Part shown: positions 37,166-47,206 of the stretch, piece by piece
Position numbering within the stretch: position 1 is the stretch's first letter
Layout of the letters: every line of letters starts with the position of its first letter
Virus record (IMG/VR): IMGVR_UViG_3300028805_000057
Coordinates: 64,001-128,000 of that record
DNA from: a virus
Lineage: Duplodnaviria > Caudoviricetes
Direction: 5' to 3' (one strand)
Length of the DNA: 64,000 nucleotides
Program-made: the position numbers and the translations under genes
The notes under the pieces: model-generated
What the model was told of the DNA's origin: nothing
Database searches by the model: none
What the model saw: the letters and a program-made list of their open reading frames with translations, nothing else

Positions 37166-40100
37166 ATGAAACCGGTTTATTACAAGAAAAATGGTGTGGT
37201 TAATAAGGTGGCTGGTGTATCAGTACCAATCCCTTATCCTGCAGATGATGTTAGTTATGATAATACTACAAGTCAATTAGAAGCAACTGATGTACAGTCT
37301 GCAATTGATGAATTAAGTCAAAAAGAAGCAGGTGTTCAGTCAGACTGGAATGAAACTGATAATACAAAATTAGATTATATCAAGAACAAACCTACTATTC
37401 CTGATCCACAAATTCAGTCAGATTGGACGCAGTCAGATGATACAGCAAAAGATTTTATAAAGAATAAACCTAGTATTCCAGCAGCTCAGATACAATCTGA
37501 TTGGTCACAGTCAGATAACACACAATTAGATTACATTAAAAACAAACCAAGTAATTTAGTACAAGATGCTTCTTATGTACATACGGATAATAATTATACA
37601 TCTACAGAGAAGACAAAACTTGGAACTATTGCAGAAGGTGCAGAAGTAAATGTACAATCTGATTGGAACCAAACTGATACTGATGCTGACGATTTCATTA
37701 AGAACAAACCCACTATTCCTGATGCTCAAATACAGTCAGACTGGAATCAGACAAGTGGTACAGCAAAAGATTTCATCAAGAATAAACCTACATTAGGAAC
37801 TGCAAGTGCTTTAGACGTAGCAACTAGTGGCGATGCAAGTTCTTCACAGGTTGTAAAGGGTGATGATTCTAGATTAACAGATGCAAGAACACCTATAAGT
37901 CATACTCACACATTATCTGAAATCACCGATGCTGGTACTGCAGCAAGTAAGAATAGCACAAGTTCAGTCACAGCAGGATCTACAGACTTAGTAGAATCAG
38001 GAGCTGTCAAGACTGCTATAGATAATGCTGTATCAGGTGCTTATAAACATGCAGGTACTAAAACTTGTGCAGAATTGATTTCCAGTCTTCTGATCGCAAG
38101 TAATAATGGTAATGTATATAATATTACAGATAGTGGCACCACAACATCAGACTTTATAGAGGGTGCAGGAATCCCTATAAGAGCTGGCGACAATGTTGGT
38201 ATTGCTAAAATTAGTGATAGTATATACAAATTTGATTTGTTAAGTGGTTTCATCGACACAAGTAATTTTGTTACTAAATCATCTACAAGTGGTTTAATAA
38301 AGAATGATGGAAGTATCGATACAACTGAATATGCTCCCGCTAGTTCTATACCAGCTGCTCAGATACAGTCGGATTGGAGTCAATCAGATAATACAAAATT
38401 AGATTATATCAAGAATAAACCTACATTAGGTACGGCGGCTGCTAAGAATGTTCCTGTAAGTGGTAATGCTAGTACTTCGGAAGTTGTTTTAGGAAATGAT
38501 AGCAGACTTACTGATGCTAGAAATGCTGCTGATGTTTACGAATGGGCTAAAGCTAGTGCAAAACCCAGTTATACCAAATCGGAAGTTGGTTTAGGTAATG
38601 TAGATAATACAAGTGATTCTACCAAAAAGAGTAATTTTACTGGAAGCATTGCAAGTGAAAATATGGGCTTTGTTACAGGTGGTGATGCTTATACTGCATT
38701 AAATGGTAAAGTAGATAAAGTAGATGGCAAAGATTTATCATCTAATGATTATACTACTACTGAAAAGAATAAACTAGCTGGTATTGCAAGTGGAGCAGAG
38801 GTTAATGTACAATCTGACTGGAATCAGACTAATACTTCTTCAGATGATTACATCAAGAACAAACCATCAAACTTAGTACAAGATGATTCTTATGTACATA
38901 CAGATAATAACTACACTACTACAGAGAAAAATAAATTAGCCGGTATCGCATCTGGAGCAGAAGTAAATGTACAGTCAGATTGGAATCAAACTACTACAGG
39001 TTCTGATGACTATATCAAGAATAAACCCACTAAACTCTCACAATTTACAAATGACAGCGGTTTCACAAAAGTTGAATCAAGTACTACAAACGGAAACATC
39101 AAAATAGATACCGTTGAAACCCAAGTATACGATGATAGTGAGATACAGAATTTAGTAGACACTTCCTTAACCGAAACAGAGTATGCTAACCCTCTTAGTC
39201 TAACAACTGATAATGCTCAAAACGCTGTTGATACTAAGATAAAGATAGAACCAATACAAGATCTTCACGGATATGATAAACCTTGGGTAGGTGGTGCAGG
39301 GAAGAATAAACTTGAAATTACTTCAATAACTAAAATCTCTGGTGGCATAACATTTACAGTTGTAAAAGATGATGCTAATAATATTACAAAAATCAATATT
39401 AAAGGTTTATCTACTGCAGAAACATATTATCTTTTAAATAATCAATCTTTAGAAAACGGAGAATATGAGGTATCTGGTGGTGCTGAAGTAGGTAAATACT
39501 TTATATATGTAAATGGTAATAAAATAGGTGGAGGACAAACTTCACTTGCAGTCACTTTATCAAACACAAGATTTACTGTTGATAGTTCATTATATACAAG
39601 TTATGATGTTGGTATTGGTGTATTTAACAATGTAAACTTAAATGCTGGGTATGACTTATATCCAATGATTCGTTTAGCTTCAGAAAGTAATACTTTTGCT
39701 CCTTACTCTAATATATGCCCCATCTCCGGTCATGATCAAATTGACATTTTAGGGTGCGGTGTAAACATCTGGAATGAAGAATGGGAACTTGGTGATTACA
39801 GTAGCACAAACGGCGAACCGGTATCTGATAGTAATAGATTACGTAGTAAATCTACTGATTACATTCGCATTGCACCTTCTGCTGGTTATATTAAAGTTGG
39901 CAATGGTACAGTAAAAGCGTACCTCTGTTTCTATGATAAAAACAAAGCACATCTGTCAAGCATTACAGCAAACGGTGTATTTAGTATTCCGCAGAATGCC
40001 GAGTATATGCGGTTCTGTTTAGAGAGAACATATGGAACAACATATAACAATGACATTATTATAGCATTAGGTAGTGATGCCATTCCCTACTCCCCCTACC

Positions 40101-40744
40101 AATCCTCCAACAACCTTTCTCTCGCCCTCCCCTCAACTGTCTATGGAGGAGTGCTTGATTTAGAGAGTAGTGAGTTACAAGTTACTCATAAAGTAAGATT
40201 GTTAACAAATTCAGATACTTGGTATATTGATGCTAGGTGGAATAATTGTTTTTATACTGCATGGACACGAGATGGTTATGCTCCGTCTAGATTTGGTTTA
40301 GACGCGATATCATCTCAATATCATTCTATAACTGGGGATGTAGAAGAATTACAAAATGGTGATTTCATATATGATAGTTCTGTAATTTCTGGTTCAAATA
40401 ATTCTATGGTAGTAAAAAATGAAAAATATACTACTGTTAATGAATTTAAAGATAGTTTAACTAATAATCCAATTCAAATCTGTTACGAACTAGCAACCCC
40501 TACAACCATCCACCTCACCCCTTCACAACTCTACTTACTAAAAAATCAAAACAATCTCACAACATCACAATACACACAAATTAAAGTAATATACAGAAAT
40601 GGCATCTTTGCTTTATTAGATCCAGCTACAGAAACAACTGATGGACTGATGAGTGCAATGGACAAAGTAAAATTGGATAGCATAAATACAGAGAATGTAT
40701 CACTCGATCTCTTATCACATGCTATTGTTTTACAAAGGATATAA
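37166..40744 (+). CDS. tail fibre / receptor-binding protein 1
   Basis: Eight QSDW..DYIKNKP-type repeats, KSEVGLGNVDNT and KVDKVDGK fibre motifs, EPIQDLHGY..GKN module, ATETTDGLMSAMDK. Confidence 0.8.
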   Translation: MKPVYYKKNGVVNKVAGVSVPIPYPADDVSYDNTTSQLEATDVQSAIDELSQKEAGVQSDWNETDNTKLDYIKNKPTIPDPQIQSDWTQSDDTAKDFIKNKPSIPAAQIQSDWSQSDNTQLDYIKNKPSNLVQDASYVHTDNNYTSTEKTKLGTIAEGAEVNVQSDWNQTDTDADDFIKNKPTIPDAQIQSDWNQTSGTAKDFIKNKPTLGTASALDVATSGDASSSQVVKGDDSRLTDARTPISHTHTLSEITDAGTAASKNSTSSVTAGSTDLVESGAVKTAIDNAVSGAYKHAGTKTCAELISSLLIASNNGNVYNITDSGTTTSDFIEGAGIPIRAGDNVGIAKISDSIYKFDLLSGFIDTSNFVTKSSTSGLIKNDGSIDTTEYAPASSIPAAQIQSDWSQSDNTKLDYIKNKPTLGTAAAKNVPVSGNASTSEVVLGNDSRLTDARNAADVYEWAKASAKPSYTKSEVGLGNVDNTSDSTKKSNFTGSIASENMGFVTGGDAYTALNGKVDKVDGKDLSSNDYTTTEKNKLAGIASGAEVNVQSDWNQTNTSSDDYIKNKPSNLVQDDSYVHTDNNYTTTEKNKLAGIASGAEVNVQSDWNQTTTGSDDYIKNKPTKLSQFTNDSGFTKVESSTTNGNIKIDTVETQVYDDSEIQNLVDTSLTETEYANPLSLTTDNAQNAVDTKIKIEPIQDLHGYDKPWVGGAGKNKLEITSITKISGGITFTVVKDDANNITKINIKGLSTAETYYLLNNQSLENGEYEVSGGAEVGKYFIYVNGNKIGGGQTSLAVTLSNTRFTVDSSLYTSYDVGIGVFNNVNLNAGYDLYPMIRLASESNTFAPYSNICPISGHDQIDILGCGVNIWNEEWELGDYSSTNGEPVSDSNRLRSKSTDYIRIAPSAGYIKVGNGTVKAYLCFYDKNKAHLSSITANGVFSIPQNAEYMRFCLERTYGTTYNNDIIIALGSDAIPYSPYQSSNNLSLALPSTVYGGVLDLESSELQVTHKVRLLTNSDTWYIDARWNNCFYTAWTRDGYAPSRFGLDAISSQYHSITGDVEELQNGDFIYDSSVISGSNNSMVVKNEKYTTVNEFKDSLTNNPIQICYELATPTTIHLTPSQLYLLKNQNNLTTSQYTQIKVIYRNGIFALLDPATETTDGLMSAMDKVKLDSINTENVSLDLLSHAIVLQRI

Positions 40745-40825
40745 AATAATATGAACGAACATCGTGAGTACATCAGTTTTGTGTAACAAAAGTGTACATT
40801 GAACGAAGTGAGATGTCCGTACAAT

Positions 40826-40955
40826 AACTCGGTGGCGGAATAGGTAGACGCTTAGTCCAAGGTATGCGACAGATCTACATAATGAAACGTGGATTCAAGA
40901 CATTATGATGGAGATACTAAGATACTATACAGGTGTGCAAATCCCTGTCCGAGTT
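40826..40955 (+). ncRNA. tRNA-like structured RNA, copy 3
   Basis: AACTCGG/CCGAGTT acceptor, TGGCGGAATAGGTAGACGC D-arm, CTTAGT/ACTAAG closing stem, ACAGG(T)G-TGCAAAT-CCCTGT T-arm. Confidence 0.72.
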
Positions 40956-40984
40956 ATAGATTTTTTAACAGAAAGGAGACAATT

Positions 40985-43900
40985 ATGTCACAGGATTACT
41001 TAGACAAACTCATAGAAAAAGACGAAACGGGGACTCAAATACAGTCTATCCCGTTACATGATACAGAGTTACGAGGGATTACTATAGACGACCCTATCAC
41101 AGTCGAAGGTAATCCAATCAATTTCTCCACAAAGAATGAACAAAATGCTATTCAAACAGTGGTTGACTTAGAACCTATACAAGACCTTCATGGATATAGT
41201 AAACCCTGGGTTGGAGGAGCGGGGAAGAATTTGTTGCCTTTAACTATTGAGGGGATAAAGAGTGCTAATAGTGGGGCTACTTGGATAGGAAATTCCACAG
41301 TTTTAGCAAATGTGACAGTTACGATAGTTACAGACAATGATAATAATGTAATAGGAATAAAATTTAATGGTACTGCCAATTCAAATATTTTATTATTTAC
41401 CCAATCAGTTTACATAAATGGTAATTATACTATATCTGGATGTCCGTCTGGTGGTAGTAATGGAACTTATAGATTAGATGTTCGTAACGCATCAAACAGT
41501 TCTGTTATAATAGAAGAATATGGCACTGCAAAACAATTTACATACGAAGGAAATGTCATAGGTCTTATTAGAATAGCAAACGGAACAAATGTAAATAATT
41601 TAATTTATATTCCTCAATTAGAAGTGGGAGATACTAAAACTACTTTTGCTCCCTACACCAACATCTGCCCCATCCTCCCTCACGAGGAAATCAAAATAGG
41701 GGGATGCGGGAAGAATTTGATTGATACCAATTCTGCAACGCAAGGAAAAGATATAAATTCCAGCGGAGAAATTGTAAATGCTTCAGATACACATTATGTT
41801 ACTGATTATATTCCAGTAATCGAAACAAAGACTTTGCATCAAAACAGAATAGGTAATTGGGCAGCGATCGGAAATGCTTTTTATGATAAGAACAAAAACT
41901 TTTTATCATTTATAAGCGGCGAATATCTAATTTCACATAATTTGAATTTTACTGTTCCTGAAAATGCAAAATATGTAAGATGCACTATTACAGATCCTAT
42001 TAATACGATGCAACTCGAATACGGAACTTCAGAAACATCTTATACCGCTTACAAACAATCCAACTCCCTCACTCTCCCCCTCCCCGAGGATATATACGGC
42101 GGAACCCTGAACCTGGAGACTGGGGAGATGAGGGTAGAGAAGAAGATTGCCGATTTTGGTAATTTTACTTGGTATTATGATTCTAGCAGATCAGTTATGT
42201 CTTCTAATCAAATAACGGATACTGCAATTGGAAGCGGTGTAAATGCTAATTTTATTAATACGGCATTTGAACGAAATGATGTTGCTATTGCATCTATGCC
42301 AAATAATACTAGTAAAATTACAAATGGATATTTTTATGTAAAGACTAATTTATGGACTGATGATTCAGTATTTAAGACTACTATGACAGGTCAAAAACTA
42401 GTCTATGAACTCGCTGATTCTTACAAATATACCATCCAACTAACCCCTCATCAACTTAAACTCTTTAAAGATGTTAATAATCTGAACTCATCAGACTATA
42501 CAACTTTAAATGTAACCTACCATTCTAACTCAATTGCATCCCTAGCACCAGCTACTGATACGACTGATGGTCTCTTAACAGCTATGGATAAGCGTGCCCT
42601 CGACCGTACTGAAGAAATCATCGAAGGTAACCCTATAGCATTCGAGACCGAGTCCACTCAAGTGGCAAAATCGACTATTGTAGATATTGAACCTATACAG
42701 GACTTACATGGATATTCTAAGCCATGGGTTGGGGGAGCTGGGAAGAATTTGTTACCGATGACAGTTGATGATATAAAAAATATTTCTACTAATACAGGTA
42801 CGTGGGACAATAATGTTTATACAAAAAATGATATAACATTTACTTTTATACAAGATTCTGATAATAATGTTACTGGTATTAAAATTAATGGAACACCAAC
42901 TTCTGATACATTTCTTTATTTTCCTTCAATTAATGCAAATGGCTCATATAAACTAAATGGTTGTCCTTCTGGAGGAGAATATGTCAAGTATAATATATCA
43001 ACAAAAGTTGATGGTGCATGGACAACTACAAGTTATGATTATGGATCGGGTGCAAATATTACAGCAACCTCTTCTATAGAAATTGCTATAACTATAAAAG
43101 TTGCTGTAACTAACCAAATGTGGTATCCTATGATACGCTTATCAACTGTAACAGACTCAACCTTTGAACCTTATACCAACATAGCATCTATCTCTGGTAG
43201 GTCTGCTATTACTGTTGATGTTTGTGGAAAGAATCTTGTAGACGTTAATAATATTAAACGCATACATCCAAAAACTGGTGATATAAATGATAAATGGATA
43301 ACTTTTGATCAGTATATTCCATATGTTCCTGATGTTAGTTATGTCTTTACTTCGATTATAGGAATATCGACAGTATACGCCATGTCTTTAAATGTATATG
43401 ATTCTGATTTTAATTATATAGTTGAAGAAGCCAAGATTAATATTAATCCTAATAATATATCGTTTAGTATAGCAAATAAAGAAGGAAGTTATGTAAAAAT
43501 TGGTTTCTACCATTCTAGTTCTTTATCTGGCTACACAATGACTAATCCTCTTTTATGCCCTACAAGTAATACAGATGGAGTATATACCCCTTACCAGCAA
43601 TCCACCTCTCTCCAAATCCAACTTGACGAGACTGTCTATGGTGGTCAATTAGATGTTGAAAATGGAGTTTTAGTGGTAGATAGGGAAATGAAGGTGTATG
43701 ATGGAACTAATTATACTCCAACTGACCATTATACTGGAAATATTTATGTGAATATTGAAAATACTGCGAAATATAAACCAAGTAACGAAGATTTGTGGAT
43801 GTCGTGTAATTGTGCGAAATGGGTAGCTAATGACATAACGACAAGAGGTAGTTATTGTTATAATGGTTCGCTAGGTGCATACTTCACTAAAAATTCAACT

Positions 43901-44152
43901 TTTGCATCAGCAAGTGATTTTGCAGCCTATGCACTTAACAACAATATTCAAATGGTAATACCAATTCTTACCCCTACTACAATCTCTCTAACACCCGAGC
44001 AAGTAAAATTATTATCAGGTGTTAACACTATTACAACCAATGCTGATAAGATTACATTAACTTATCGTAATGGTTCTGTAGCAACATTAAATGATTTGGA
44101 ATCTCTGTATGCTAAACTTAAAGCATACATTGATTCTCTACATTCTAGTTAA
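40985..44152 (+). CDS. tail fibre / receptor-binding protein 2 (tandem duplicated modules)
   Basis: Two EPIQDLHGYSKPWVGGAGKNLL modules; ATG 40985 has an AAGGAG RBS (track start 40889 lies inside the ncRNA). Confidence 0.78.
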   Translation: MSQDYLDKLIEKDETGTQIQSIPLHDTELRGITIDDPITVEGNPINFSTKNEQNAIQTVVDLEPIQDLHGYSKPWVGGAGKNLLPLTIEGIKSANSGATWIGNSTVLANVTVTIVTDNDNNVIGIKFNGTANSNILLFTQSVYINGNYTISGCPSGGSNGTYRLDVRNASNSSVIIEEYGTAKQFTYEGNVIGLIRIANGTNVNNLIYIPQLEVGDTKTTFAPYTNICPILPHEEIKIGGCGKNLIDTNSATQGKDINSSGEIVNASDTHYVTDYIPVIETKTLHQNRIGNWAAIGNAFYDKNKNFLSFISGEYLISHNLNFTVPENAKYVRCTITDPINTMQLEYGTSETSYTAYKQSNSLTLPLPEDIYGGTLNLETGEMRVEKKIADFGNFTWYYDSSRSVMSSNQITDTAIGSGVNANFINTAFERNDVAIASMPNNTSKITNGYFYVKTNLWTDDSVFKTTMTGQKLVYELADSYKYTIQLTPHQLKLFKDVNNLNSSDYTTLNVTYHSNSIASLAPATDTTDGLLTAMDKRALDRTEEIIEGNPIAFETESTQVAKSTIVDIEPIQDLHGYSKPWVGGAGKNLLPMTVDDIKNISTNTGTWDNNVYTKNDITFTFIQDSDNNVTGIKINGTPTSDTFLYFPSINANGSYKLNGCPSGGEYVKYNISTKVDGAWTTTSYDYGSGANITATSSIEIAITIKVAVTNQMWYPMIRLSTVTDSTFEPYTNIASISGRSAITVDVCGKNLVDVNNIKRIHPKTGDINDKWITFDQYIPYVPDVSYVFTSIIGISTVYAMSLNVYDSDFNYIVEEAKININPNNISFSIANKEGSYVKIGFYHSSSLSGYTMTNPLLCPTSNTDGVYTPYQQSTSLQIQLDETVYGGQLDVENGVLVVDREMKVYDGTNYTPTDHYTGNIYVNIENTAKYKPSNEDLWMSCNCAKWVANDITTRGSYCYNGSLGAYFTKNSTFASASDFAAYALNNNIQMVIPILTPTTISLTPEQVKLLSGVNTITTNADKITLTYRNGSVATLNDLESLYAKLKAYIDSLHSS

Positions 44153-44254
44153 TAAAAAAATGTTAATCATCCTCTCATTATATAACACTATAAGTTAGTG
44201 AAGTATAATGGGAGGAATTTTTATGAATAATAAAAAAAATCAGGAGGAATCAAA

Positions 44255-44611
44255 ATGATTATAGTAGATAAACAGGAAATAACTTTAACTAGAGGTGATA
44301 CAGCATATCTACGCTTTATTCCTCTTGTCAAAGATTATCAAACTAATACATGGGTTGAAAAGATATTAGAGGAAGGTGATAGAGCTTTTTTCCGCATTAA
44401 GACAAATGCAGCAACCGTATTAGAGAAAGAATGTTTAGTTGAAATTGAAAATAATAAAGTAAGATTAACAATAGATCCGGAAGATACAATTCCTTTAGAC
44501 TTCAAGACATATTACTACGAAGTCGAATTAGTTACGAATCTTGATGAACACTTTACATTTATTGCTCATCAAAGATTTACAGTAGGAAAGGAGGAAGAAC
44601 TACATGGCTAA
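44255..44611 (+). CDS. BppU N-terminal-like baseplate protein
   Basis: ITLTRGDT..FRIK..PEDT..YYYEVEL. Confidence 0.6.
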   Translation: MIIVDKQEITLTRGDTAYLRFIPLVKDYQTNTWVEKILEEGDRAFFRIKTNAATVLEKECLVEIENNKVRLTIDPEDTIPLDFKTYYYEVELVTNLDEHFTFIAHQRFTVGKEEELHG

Positions 44612-44990
44612 TCTTGGTGGTAGTAGAGGATTAGTTCAGGCTGAATTTGAGATAAGTGGTGAAGTACAGAAGACTGATGGTTCTTTGTATGTTGCAGTCA
44701 TCTCAAAGACTAAAGCTGAATGGGCAGCAATTCCTCAATTTATGTCTAAAAATAGAGTAATCTATGTTTATAGTGATTATAGACAGGAATTCGATGCAAC
44801 TACTGGCAAAGTAATCAATATTCCAGGAGTCAAAATAGGTGATGGTGTATCATATGTTATAGATTTACCATTTATGACAGAACCGGTTACTCAAGCAGAT
44901 ATTGACCGATGGAATTCAAATGTTGGTCTGGACGCAAGAGTTGATGAAGAAAATCATAATCTGATATTCTTTTATGGAACAGAAGAATAA
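44604..44990 (+). CDS. tail fibre-associated protein
   Basis: KTKAEW..KIGDGV..LPF motif seen in fibre/hyaluronidase-N-like domains. Confidence 0.55.
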   Translation: MANLGGSRGLVQAEFEISGEVQKTDGSLYVAVISKTKAEWAAIPQFMSKNRVIYVYSDYRQEFDATTGKVINIPGVKIGDGVSYVIDLPFMTEPVTQADIDRWNSNVGLDARVDEENHNLIFFYGTEE

Positions 44991-45012
44991 TTAATATATG
45001 GAGGAACATATC

Positions 45013-45552
45013 ATGGCAAATTCTATTCTTTATACAATAACAATGCCCAACGGACATACATATGATCTTGGAGATGCATATGCAAGAGAATTAATAAAAG
45101 AATTATTAAACTTTCATGAATGGCTTGGAATCACTACAAGTCCTATAGAAGATGGCGATACAACAAATCCCATTTTAATTAATGGAGTAGAAGTTACAGC
45201 TGTAGCAGGTGATGTTGTTTCAAGAAGTACTGATCATGAAGATTTTGTAATGTCAAGTAGCGGTGTATGGCAGTCATTTGGTCACCTTTCAGGCTTAGGT
45301 GCATTGGCATTCAAAGATACTGCAAGTGGATCATACACTCCTCAGGGTTCTATTAGCGGAACAACATTAGGTACAAAATCAATAAGTCAGGTAACTAATA
45401 CTGGTACAATGCCTACATTTACAGTGCAGGGTACTAACTTAGTTATCACGGGTGGTACTGAACCTACAATTGAGAGTACTACAGTTGCTGATGGCACAGT
45501 TGCAACAGAAGGTACATTCACTGGTACACCGGCTACAATTACTGTTTCTTAA
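45013..45552 (+). CDS. tail fibre-associated protein
   Basis: T/G-rich, LGALAFKD..YTPQG..FTGT; GGAGG RBS before ATG 45013 (track 44998). Confidence 0.55.
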   Translation: MANSILYTITMPNGHTYDLGDAYARELIKELLNFHEWLGITTSPIEDGDTTNPILINGVEVTAVAGDVVSRSTDHEDFVMSSSGVWQSFGHLSGLGALAFKDTASGSYTPQGSISGTTLGTKSISQVTNTGTMPTFTVQGTNLVITGGTEPTIESTTVADGTVATEGTFTGTPATITVS

Positions 45553-45589
45553 AATATTTAAAGAAAATACCAAAAGGAGGTACACATAA

Positions 45590-46003
45590 ATGCCTAATCC
45601 TATTCTTGACAAGATAACGGTTGACGATATAGAATATGATCTTGTCGGTAATGGTGGTGGTCATGTCATTGAGAAATCTGATGGAACTGATATGACCCAG
45701 AGATCAAATCTGCAGTTTGTTGATGCTCAATTAACAGATGATTCAACAAATGATAGAACTAAAGTAGAAAATGTAAAAATAATTCAAAATGAGAGTGAAT
45801 TAGCAAATCTTCCTGATGGTATTTATATGGGAGCTCAAGATGAAGCAATTCCATTTTCATTTGAAGCTGAAGATATAAGTTATGATAATACTACAAGTCA
45901 ACTTACAGCAACTAATGTACAGGCTGCTATTGATGAATTAAGTCAGGATGTGCAGAATCTGACTGATTTACTTATGAAACTTATTAATAATTTAAGTAGC
46001 TAA
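45590..46003 (+). CDS. tail fibre-associated protein
   Basis: Shares DISYDNTTSQL.AT.VQ.AIDELSQ with the N-terminus of 37166..40744. Confidence 0.6.
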   Translation: MPNPILDKITVDDIEYDLVGNGGGHVIEKSDGTDMTQRSNLQFVDAQLTDDSTNDRTKVENVKIIQNESELANLPDGIYMGAQDEAIPFSFEAEDISYDNTTSQLTATNVQAAIDELSQDVQNLTDLLMKLINNLSS

Positions 46004-46012
46004 AACTAAAAA

Positions 46013-46063
46013 AAAGATAGGCTTAAACAGCCACACGATTACTGTATCTAAGTCTATCTTTTG
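46013..46063 (+). terminator. probable bidirectional terminator
   Basis: AAAAGATAGGCTT/AAGTCTATCTTTT inverted repeat. Confidence 0.5.
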
Positions 46064-46139
46064 ATTTTTACCCATTATCTCTTTCTCCCATTATATAAAA
46101 CTAAATTTTAGCGATATGTAATGAGAGGAGATTATCAAA

Positions 46140-46289
46140 ATGGATAGAAATACTGAAATACCTTTAGATGAAATTATAGAGTTAATGTTAAATGCTGAAA
46201 GTGATGAAGAGTATGAATTATACAAAGCATATTACTATGAGCATTACATTAAACCTAATAAGAAATCTAAAGACAAAAATGTATGTTAA
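46140..46289 (+). CDS. small hypothetical protein (49 aa)
   Basis: Not in track; GAGGAG RBS; MDRNTEIPLDEIIELML... Confidence 0.5.
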   Translation: MDRNTEIPLDEIIELMLNAESDEEYELYKAYYYEHYIKPNKKSKDKNVC

Positions 46290-46306
46290 ACCCCTTAACA
46301 TAACAC

Positions 46307-46368
46307 AATTGCTCAAGAAATGGATATGGCCATTATGTACCAAGGGTTCGATTCCCTCTTGAGTAATT
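46307..46368 (+). ncRNA. truncated tRNA-like element without anticodon arm
   Basis: AATTGCTCAAG/CTTGAGTAATT stem, AATGG/CCATT hairpin, AGGG-TTCGATT-CCCT T-arm. Confidence 0.5.
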
Positions 46369-46570
46369 AACTCTATAGATAGTAGTCTTGTAGTATGAAA
46401 TGAAGATGAGAATAACTTAGTATTAAGTACAAAGACATTTGATGTATAGGAGTGCTATTTATAGAGTTCAAATATAACCATTTGGAGAAAGGTTTAGGTG
46501 ATGATCTAAATACTTACCAAATGGTTTATTTGTTGGCACTGTTAATATTTTATATTAGGAGGAAAAAACT

Positions 46571-46843
46571 ATGAAAATGCCAAAACTTCCAGACTCGGTA
46601 TATAATTGGCTTAAGTGGATTTCGCTTATAGCTTTACCGTTGTTCTCAACTTTCTTATCTACGATTTTATCTGCTTTAAGTGTAGATCCAAACACGATTA
46701 GAATAATTTGCACAATTTTAAATGCAACTGCGGCATTAATTGGCGGTTTAATTGGTGTTTCTACAATCAGATATAATCATGAAAAAGATGAAGCCAATAA
46801 GATATTCGAACAGCAGAATATCACAAATGGTGATACAAAATGA
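46571..46843 (+). CDS. holin (Dp-1 family-like)
   Basis: KLPDSVYNWLKWISLIALP, two TM helices, GLIGVS; upstream of endolysin. Confidence 0.8.
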   Translation: MKMPKLPDSVYNWLKWISLIALPLFSTFLSTILSALSVDPNTIRIICTILNATAALIGGLIGVSTIRYNHEKDEANKIFEQQNITNGDTK

Positions 46844-46957
46844 ACCCTGTGATACAGACGTTTGCTGGACTCTTGTTATTACTTATTTTACTATTAGTAA
46901 TGTCAGCTATAGCAAGAGTCAGCGAACAGTTTGAAAATGATAGAAAGGAGGACAAAG

Positions 46958-47206
46958 ATGACAACTCTCGAGGTAGGGAAAACATACAAAAACATACAAA
47001 GCGGAAGGACAGTAGTGATTCTGGGAAGACTGGACACTCTGGCTAAAGAAGGTTGTTTATTGGCAGAAGATAAAATGTATGGTGTAATTTTACCAATCTT
47101 TAATGAAGATCCTAAGAATTGGGAGTTATTACCTAATTCTCCTTCTGTCAAAGATATTATTAAAGAAAGGGGAATCAGTAAGCATGAATATAACACCTCA
47201 ACGTGA
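46958..47206 (+). CDS. hypothetical protein
   Basis: AAGGAGG RBS before MTTLEVGKTY (track 46931). Confidence 0.5.
   Translation: MTTLEVGKTYKNIQSGRTVVILGRLDTLAKEGCLLAEDKMYGVILPIFNEDPKNWELLPNSPSVKDIIKERGISKHEYNTST

Noticed and set aside
37166-44152. Diversity-generating retroelement targeting the tail fibres
   Set aside because: No reverse transcriptase in the window, and no repeat pair differing only at adenines was seen; the repeats are protein-level modules
46840-47046. Spanin or second holin
   Set aside because: Has one TM segment but overlaps a better RBS-supported ORF; no lipobox, and the host is probably monoderm
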